A stretch of DNA of 64,000 nucleotides. Source: an uncultured Methanosarcinales archaeon (GTDB lineage: Archaea > Nanobdellota > Nanobdellia > Woesearchaeales > GW2011-AR9). Positions 58,410 through 64,000 of the stretch are shown one piece after another (the stretch's first letter is position 1; each line of letters opens with the position of its first letter). The position numbers were made by a program, and so were the translations under genes. The stretch spans positions 96,001 to 160,000 of the forward strand of contig CAYFMJ010000001.1 of NCBI GenBank assembly GCA_964344235.1, given 5' to 3'. The notes under the pieces were generated by a model that saw only the letters and a program-made list of their open reading frames with translations, ran no database searches and was not told the origin of the DNA.

Positions 58410-59479
58410 ATAGGAATGGGCAAGTAGCGATTACATTTAATTGGGTGTATGTGTTGATAGCGGGAGCGGTCATTCTGATGTTTTTTGTTGGGATTGTGGT
58501 GAAGCAGAAAGCTGTTTCAGAGGAGAGGTTGAATACGGAAGTGTTGCAAGTGTTGGATTCAATTTTTACTGCAGCAAGTGTGTCTGATAAAACGCGGAAT
58601 TTTGTGAAAATTGGTGGTCTGGGGAAAGAAGAGGTGTTTTTTCGCTGTAGCGATGGAGTGACAGAGTTTGGTGTTACGGGGAAGAGTTTTACGAAGGAGA
58701 ATGCGATAGATCCGATTTTTGCACCTAGCTCGGTTAAGGCACCGCGGTTAATTTTGTGGAGTTTACCATATAATATGCCATTTAAAGTGGTTGATTTTTT
58801 GTTGGTAACGTCTTCGAATACAAAGTACGTCGTGTATGGAAAAGGGCCGTTTGTGTCAGAGTTTATTACGGCCACTGATGATAATGATGAGTTGTTGCAG
58901 ATTGATGCCAGCGTTGTTGATGGAATAGATAGTGTGGATCCAGGAAAAGCGTTTGCAGTTCGGATAGTTGATACGGATGGTGTTGGTTTGAAAGAGATGC
59001 CTTTGGAGTTAGCGGATTTTGACGATAGTAAAGTGACGGGTGTTTCTTTTGTTTCCGGTGGAGTACAGTATTACAAGAAGCAAGGGAGTGGCTGGGTGAA
59101 GAAGGGAAAAGTGTTGCCGATCGTTGCGATGGATGAAGAGAGGCAGGCAGCGAAGTATGCAGCTATTTTTGCAGCAGGACCAGAGGAGTATTGGTGTGGT
59201 ATGCAGAAGGCGTTTGAACGATTAGAATTATTGGATGAAGTGTATACAGGAAAAGTTGGGGAGATGGTTTTAGCTGAAGAGAGTGGTGTGTGTGCGACGT
59301 TATTAGCGCCAGGCGATAGTATTGGAGAAGCGATGGAGAGTCATAGTATTGGCGTGAAGCAATGTTTAGCGTCGCTTGACGTGCAACCGGAAGTGTGCAG
59401 TGATTTGATGGCACATGCTTCTGCTGTTTCCTTTGCCAATGAAGAGTTATCGGTAAATAGTTGTATTACGTTATATTAA
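58406..59479 (+). CDS. Pilin-like protein (class III signal peptide)
   Basis: MNRNG|QVAITFNWVYVLIAGAVILMFF. Confidence 0.7.
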   Translation: MNRNGQVAITFNWVYVLIAGAVILMFFVGIVVKQKAVSEERLNTEVLQVLDSIFTAASVSDKTRNFVKIGGLGKEEVFFRCSDGVTEFGVTGKSFTKENAIDPIFAPSSVKAPRLILWSLPYNMPFKVVDFLLVTSSNTKYVVYGKGPFVSEFITATDDNDELLQIDASVVDGIDSVDPGKAFAVRIVDTDGVGLKEMPLELADFDDSKVTGVSFVSGGVQYYKKQGSGWVKKGKVLPIVAMDEERQAAKYAAIFAAGPEEYWCGMQKAFERLELLDEVYTGKVGEMVLAEESGVCATLLAPGDSIGEAMESHSIGVKQCLASLDVQPEVCSDLMAHASAVSFANEELSVNSCITLY

Positions 59480-59480
59480 G

Positions 59481-59978
59481 ATGAAAAAAGGCCAAGTTCA
59501 TATGTCGGAGACGATTGCAGTACTGTTTATTTTCTTTGTTCTAGTGCTGTTTGGGTTGGTGTTTTATTTTAAGTATACAAGCATCGCAGTACAAGAGCAG
59601 GAAGAAGAGTTGTTTGCAAAAAGAGCGATTGATGTTACGACTAAGACCATCTTTTTACCTGAGTTATTGTGTACGAAAGGAGTGTATGAATCAGAAGATT
59701 TCTGTATCGATATGATGAAGTTACGTTCGGCAGATGAGGTGTTTGAACAGCATATGGCTGATTATTATTTTGAAATGTTTGGCTATGCGAACATTACTGT
59801 TGCAGAACTGTATCCGGCAGTTGGGGAGACGGATTGGGTGTTATATGAACGGATGAAGCCGAATTTTACACGTAGAGATAGAACGTTCTTTGTCGTTGCG
59901 TTAAAAGATCAGACAGAAGGTGTAGGAATAAACCCGTCATATGGGTTTGGCTATGTGACTGTTGAGGTGTTTTCATGA
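59481..59978 (+). CDS. Pilin-like protein (class III signal peptide)
   Basis: MKKG|QVHMSETIAVLFIFFVLVLFG. Confidence 0.72.
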   Translation: MKKGQVHMSETIAVLFIFFVLVLFGLVFYFKYTSIAVQEQEEELFAKRAIDVTTKTIFLPELLCTKGVYESEDFCIDMMKLRSADEVFEQHMADYYFEMFGYANITVAELYPAVGETDWVLYERMKPNFTRRDRTFFVVALKDQTEGVGINPSYGFGYVTVEVFS

Positions 59979-60466
59979 AGAAAGGTCAGATGGAGATGAT
60001 TGGACTTGTTATTATTGTGATACTTATTACATTAGGTATGTTATTTATGGCGTTATTTGCGTTGAATGATGATCCAGAGAAGAAAGTGTTTACCAGAAAG
60101 GAATTAGCGTCAAGCACGATGGCTGCCCTTATGAAGACGACGGCTTTTTGTAACGGTGGGTTACCGGAATTTGAGAAGGATTTGTTAGAGGATTGTGCCG
60201 GAACGAATACAGTGTATACGTGTGAGGGAATGGATAGTTGTGATTTTTTAGATATGAAGATTTCTGAATTGTTGGATGAAACGGTGGGGGCATGGGGGAA
60301 GACGTATGAATTTGAATCGGTGTCGGTTTCTAATGGTGAAGCGTTATTGCATATTTGGGATGAAGAAAGAGGGGATTGTCAGCGGCAGGAGAGGGATACG
60401 TCCGGGGAGTTTTATTTGCCTGCGAAGAGTGGTTTGGTGAGAAGTGTGTTGTATATTTGTGAATAA
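59975..60466 (+). CDS. Pilin-like protein (class III signal peptide)
   Basis: MKKG|QMEMIGLVIIVILITLG. Confidence 0.75.
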   Translation: MKKGQMEMIGLVIIVILITLGMLFMALFALNDDPEKKVFTRKELASSTMAALMKTTAFCNGGLPEFEKDLLEDCAGTNTVYTCEGMDSCDFLDMKISELLDETVGAWGKTYEFESVSVSNGEALLHIWDEERGDCQRQERDTSGEFYLPAKSGLVRSVLYICE

Positions 60467-60468
60467 AT

Positions 60469-60619
60469 GTAATATGTCAGCTTGCACGACACTATTACGG
60501 CAACTTCCTGAATCTTTTTTCTTCTACATCACCGTCTATCAGAAATTTTCAATTTCTGGGACATTCCAAAAATCTTTGATTTTTGTTATGTGCCTCCTTT
60601 AGTAAAGCAGACATATTAC
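60469..60619 (-). ncRNA. Candidate structured ncRNA, copy B (with 54-nt two-hairpin insertion)
   Basis: GUAAUAUGUC/GACAUAUUAC stem, GGCAC/GUGUC, ACGGUGAU/GUUGCCGU, AAUA bulge; TATATAAA on the minus strand at 60645-60638. Confidence 0.7.
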
Positions 60620-60684
60620 TTCTGAGCGGAGGAAAGGTTTATATATGGTTTTTCTCTTCTGTAAGTATCATATAAGAGGTGACG

Positions 60685-61038
60685 ATGATGGTTTTCAATA
60701 AAAAAGGGCAGGGCTTATCCTTAAATGTAATTATTGTTGCTGCGTTAGCATTAATTGTTCTTGTTGTGTTAGTTGCAGTGTTTGCTGGAGAGGTAGGAGA
60801 TAAGACTGATAAGATCAATAAAGCGAGTCAAGCGGAATTGGTTAAGTTACAAATAACATACGGGCAGTGTCAACCAGCGACTTCTGATCAAAATACGTTC
60901 TTAGAAGCATACAGTGTTGCTGAATCTGATGGAGATAAGGATGTTGCAGTTGCAGATTTTGAAAAGAAAATTAGCGATTGTAAAGCATTAAGCGATGACA
61001 AAGCGACATGTGATACTGCTGGGTGTAAGTGGAAGTAA
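60685..61038 (+). CDS. Type IV pilin-like protein (candidate major pilin)
   Basis: MMVFNKKG|QGLSLNVIIVAALALIVLVVL; own TATA (60638) and strong GAGGTGA RBS; three Cys in the C-terminal part plus one upstream. Confidence 0.78.
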   Translation: MMVFNKKGQGLSLNVIIVAALALIVLVVLVAVFAGEVGDKTDKINKASQAELVKLQITYGQCQPATSDQNTFLEAYSVAESDGDKDVAVADFEKKISDCKALSDDKATCDTAGCKWK

Positions 61039-61040
61039 GA

Positions 61041-61385
61041 ATGAAGCAAGGTAGTGCAAACATGTGGTGGATTATCATTGGAGCTGTGGTAGCTCTGGTG
61101 GTAATGGTCGTGTTAATGGTGATTTTTACTGGGAAGAGCAATACGTTAGAAATTGGGCTGCTTGATTGTGCTTCGAAAGGCGGCACATGTAAAGAAGCTG
61201 CAGCCTGCACAGCAAGTGGCGGTTCAGTGTCTAGCGCATTTACTTGCTCTGATGAGGCAGAATCATGTTGTTTTGAGGGTAAGAAACTGAAGAGTAGAGG
61301 CGAAGAATGTACTAAGAATAGCGACTGTTTAAGTAATAATTGTAAGATTCTTGGTTCAGGCCAACCGGGAACATGTGAGGGGTGA
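61041..61385 (+). CDS. Pilin-like protein with Cys-rich head
   Basis: MKQG|SANMWWIIIGAVVALVV; 'CASKGGTC...SCC' and 'ECTKNSDCLSNNC' modules. Confidence 0.72.
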   Translation: MKQGSANMWWIIIGAVVALVVMVVLMVIFTGKSNTLEIGLLDCASKGGTCKEAAACTASGGSVSSAFTCSDEAESCCFEGKKLKSRGEECTKNSDCLSNNCKILGSGQPGTCEG

Positions 61386-61390
61386 TTGGA

Positions 61391-61510
61391 ATGATGTTCC
61401 TTTCACGTTCTGGGAGAACTCAGATTGAAACTATTGTGTTGTTAATTATTGCAGTGATACTTGGTGCTGCATTCATTTTTGCGGTTGTAAAGATGGGGTT
61501 GTTTCAATGA
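61391..61510 (+). CDS. 39-aa micro-pilin-like ORF (not in track)
   Basis: Hand translation MMFLSRSGRTQIETIVLLIIAVILGAAFIFAVVKMGLFQ*; GGTGA RBS; stop overlaps the next ATG. Confidence 0.6.
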   Translation: MMFLSRSGRTQIETIVLLIIAVILGAAFIFAVVKMGLFQ

Positions 61511-61650
61511 ATACTCGGGGAATGGCGACGTGGCAGATTGTATTAATTATTTTAGCACTGATTTTTATGTTTTTGTTGATTGCGTTTAGCGGAGTATTGG
61601 GAGAAAGAATTGAAAGTATTGCAGATAATTTGTTGGGGTTTTTGGATTAA
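61507..61650 (+). CDS. 47-aa micro-pilin-like ORF (not in track)
   Basis: Hand translation MNTRG|MATWQIVLIILALIFMFLLIAFSGVLGERIESIADNLLGFLD*; ATGA and TAATG overlaps with both neighbours. Confidence 0.68.
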   Translation: MNTRGMATWQIVLIILALIFMFLLIAFSGVLGERIESIADNLLGFLD

Positions 61651-62768
61651 TGGCGCAGGGTTTGCTTGAAGTATTACGAAATGTTGTGGTTGCGGTTGCG
61701 GGGCTAGCTATTTTAGCATGGTTAATTTGGGGTTTAGTTGGCGATACTGAGAATGTGGTTTTGGACAATACAGAAGTGGACGATTCTATCTTTTCATATG
61801 GAGAGGACGAATTAGTAGGGGAAAAACCAGAAATCCCGAAGGGACATCAAATTGCGATTGATGGTTTAAAGAAGACCATGGAAGAGATGAAGGGAAGCAG
61901 TGCAACACAATGTTTTGCAAACTATGGGGGTTTACCCGAGCTTGGTGAGGAGGGGACAGGATTGTCATTGGTTTCAATTGATGATGGAACGAGGGTTGTT
62001 GTTACGGGTGGTAAAGGAGGAAACCAAGAAGTGGCGTGGTTTGAGTTGGAAGATCTTAAGCCGTGTGTCGTTGCAGGACCAACAGCACAGTTTTTTTATG
62101 AGGATTTCTTGAAGTTAGGTGGGACGTATGACGGCAAGGATACTAACAGGTACTTTACAGGGGTTGCTGCAATTACAATTCGTTCTGATGGAGATAATAC
62201 AATTTATTATGGACAAGGAGAGGACGCAGTTGAGTTTAATGATAATGGTTGGTTGTTTAAGGCAGATGATGGCCGTGTTTGTTTCTTGCCGACAAAGTCA
62301 GAAACATTTGGGGACTGTGATGGTGATGGTCTGTTAGATGAAGAATGTTTAAATGGTGAGGATGCAGTTGAGAGTTTGCCTAACAAAGTTGGAAAAGGAC
62401 AATTACCCCACTGTTTTGATAAAGGAAAATATGACTGGGTTGAGGTTGAATATACAAAGTCCACAGTTCCTCGTGTTGTTGTCCAAAAATGCTATAGTGG
62501 AGGCTGTAGTACATTTAAGAATAGATGTGATAATACGTTTGAAAATGCTGATGTTGGGGATAATTGCCGGTTACTGATTACCTCAGAGGATCAGGGATGT
62601 GGATATGTTGCAATTACAGATGGTTCTTCAATGGATTTTTTTGAGAGCGATTTAGAGCGAGATTTACAATTTCTTGGTGAAGGGACACTTTTCAAGAGTG
62701 ATAATACGAGAACTTCAGTGATTGATGAGAAATTAACATGCAAAAGTGGGGTGTGGCATAGTGAATAG
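61650..62768 (+). CDS. Membrane-anchored secreted protein (372 aa), Cys-rich
   Basis: N-terminal TM; translationally coupled within the pilin array. Confidence 0.65.
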   Translation: MAQGLLEVLRNVVVAVAGLAILAWLIWGLVGDTENVVLDNTEVDDSIFSYGEDELVGEKPEIPKGHQIAIDGLKKTMEEMKGSSATQCFANYGGLPELGEEGTGLSLVSIDDGTRVVVTGGKGGNQEVAWFELEDLKPCVVAGPTAQFFYEDFLKLGGTYDGKDTNRYFTGVAAITIRSDGDNTIYYGQGEDAVEFNDNGWLFKADDGRVCFLPTKSETFGDCDGDGLLDEECLNGEDAVESLPNKVGKGQLPHCFDKGKYDWVEVEYTKSTVPRVVVQKCYSGGCSTFKNRCDNTFENADVGDNCRLLITSEDQGCGYVAITDGSSMDFFESDLERDLQFLGEGTLFKSDNTRTSVIDEKLTCKSGVWHSE

Positions 62769-63678
62769 AAAGGGCATGATTATGGGAGTTATAGTTGCAA
62801 TAGTTATGGCTCTCATTGCAATGGCGATTATAATGGGTTTAAGTTCAAAGTCGTATGCAAAAGCGGCGGAGAAAGCGCCAGATGCAATTTGTAAAGAAAG
62901 TATTCGGTTGCGAGCACAGCATGCTCTTACTGCAGAGACAGATTTAGCAAGTATTGAGATAAAAATACCTAACCAATGTGAAGTGCAATCTTTTTTGGAT
63001 ATTAAAGGAAGTAAAGATGAAGTGCAGGAATTCTTTGCACGACAAATGGCAAAATGTTGGGATAGATATGGTGAAGGGAGGTATGAACAAGCGTTAGAGG
63101 ATAGTGATGTAAAATACTTGCCAAAATTACTGGGAATGACCGAGAACCAATGTCAAGTGTGTTACGTCATGTTGGTTGAGAGAGAAAGTGAGGGGGGTTC
63201 TATTACTGCAGAGGACTTCGCACACTATCTCCGTACGGAGGAACATTTTGATTACAAAGAAACGTATATGGATTATTTCCAATTTCATGGGGGCCCTGGT
63301 AGAGTGGCCGTGGTAACGCCCGAGATTGAGACGGGTGTTACATATGCTATCTCGTTTATGGCGAAAAATGATGACGGTGACGATGAATGGTTGTCTGCAT
63401 TGGGGAAAGCGACAGGCGGTGTTGCGTTGGGAGCAGCGACAATTGCTTGTACTGCGGTTACAGGGGGTGTGTGTGGGGCTGGTGCACTGATTATTGGGCT
63501 GGGAACGAGTGCAGCATTAATTGATGCAGGGTTAAGTGAGGCGGAAGCAGCGGAAGCAATTAATACGTATGTTGTTGATAAAATTTACAAGCACAATGAT
63601 AGGGACACAAGTATTGTAATTCTTGACACGTTAGAAAGAACGCAACAACATTGTTTCAGTGATTACGAAAGAACATGA
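62761..63678 (+). CDS. Pilin-like protein (class III signal peptide) with a second hydrophobic Gly/Ala-rich hairpin
   Basis: GTG start MNRKG|MIMGVIVAIVMAL; late segment 'GGVALGAATIACTAVTGGVCGAGALIIGLG'. Confidence 0.7.
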   Translation: MNRKGMIMGVIVAIVMALIAMAIIMGLSSKSYAKAAEKAPDAICKESIRLRAQHALTAETDLASIEIKIPNQCEVQSFLDIKGSKDEVQEFFARQMAKCWDRYGEGRYEQALEDSDVKYLPKLLGMTENQCQVCYVMLVERESEGGSITAEDFAHYLRTEEHFDYKETYMDYFQFHGGPGRVAVVTPEIETGVTYAISFMAKNDDGDDEWLSALGKATGGVALGAATIACTAVTGGVCGAGALIIGLGTSAALIDAGLSEAEAAEAINTYVVDKIYKHNDRDTSIVILDTLERTQQHCFSDYERT

Positions 63679-63686
63679 GGTGAATT

Positions 63687-63950
63687 ATGATGAAAGGAAA
63701 AAAAGGATACTCACAGTTGTGGTGGATTTTGGGAGTGGCTATTTTAGTGATTGTCGTTATTGTTGTGTATTTGTTATTTTTTAATCAGGGAATTGACAAG
63801 GGTAAAGGAGTGATTGATGACCAGTTTGATGGTTTAGGAGACAGCGATGGCGATGGTGTGAGGAACTCGTTTGATAAATGTCCCCAAACGCCTGGGGAAG
63901 CGGAATTTGATGGATGTACTGCCGGACAGGGAGGGGAGGCAACAGGATAA
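63687..63950 (+). CDS. Pilin-like protein with thrombospondin type-3-like Ca-binding repeat
   Basis: MMKGKKG|YSQLWWILGVAILVIV; 'DSDGDGVRNSFDKCP.TPG....DGC'. Confidence 0.75.
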   Translation: MMKGKKGYSQLWWILGVAILVIVVIVVYLLFFNQGIDKGKGVIDDQFDGLGDSDGDGVRNSFDKCPQTPGEAEFDGCTAGQGGEATG

Positions 63951-64000
63951 TGAATAAACGAGCAGCGATTATGATTAATGTATTGGTAGCAGTTATTGCT
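63950..64000 (+). CDS. Partial pilin-like ORF running off the window end
   Basis: MNKRA|AIMINVLVAVIA...; TAATG overlap with the previous stop. Confidence 0.6.
   Translation, partial: MNKRAAIMINVLVAVIA

Noticed and set aside
1247-63000. Numerous 60-210 aa ORFs in the track antisense to or nested in larger genes (e.g. 14319-14609, 22974-23501, 55419-55949, 56966-57595)
   Set aside because: They fully overlap well-supported genes or the RNA motif, have no recognisable motifs, and are the expected shadow ORFs of a strand-biased genome.

Overview
A 64 kb chromosomal segment of a DPANN/Nanobdellati archaeon, most likely Woesearchaeota. The archaeal assignment rests on PolD DP1/DP2, Cdc6, MCM, TBP, TFE, Hjc, aIF2-beta and Rpo12. 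The lineage call is inferred from gene style and from the many 'MKKGQ'-type prepilin-like ORFs. 1-13 kb: transport, redox and metal genes, a lone NADP-isocitrate dehydrogenase and an AsnB-Dph6 fusion. 13-28 kb: housekeeping genes, including a tRNA-Pro(TGG) with a 29-nt D-loop intron and a TFE-alpha with a histone-H1-like tail. 28-39.5 kb: replication cluster (DP2-DP1-cdc6, an ORB/DUE origin, RPA2-like, MCM, TBP). 39.5-43 kb: SAMP/Ncs6/E1 sulfur relay plus a degenerate ThiI. 43-64 kb: one co-oriented array of very large Cys-rich surface proteins and at least 12 class III signal peptide (pilin-like) genes, two of them below the ORF-track cutoff. The most notable signal is a three-copy intergenic structured element (about 14.5, 47.9 and 60.5 kb). 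It shows compensatory base changes, its G-U pairs point to the minus strand, and each copy has a TATA box at transcription-start spacing. It is a candidate ncRNA family that I cannot assign to a known class. No transposases, CRISPR arrays or rRNA genes were seen.
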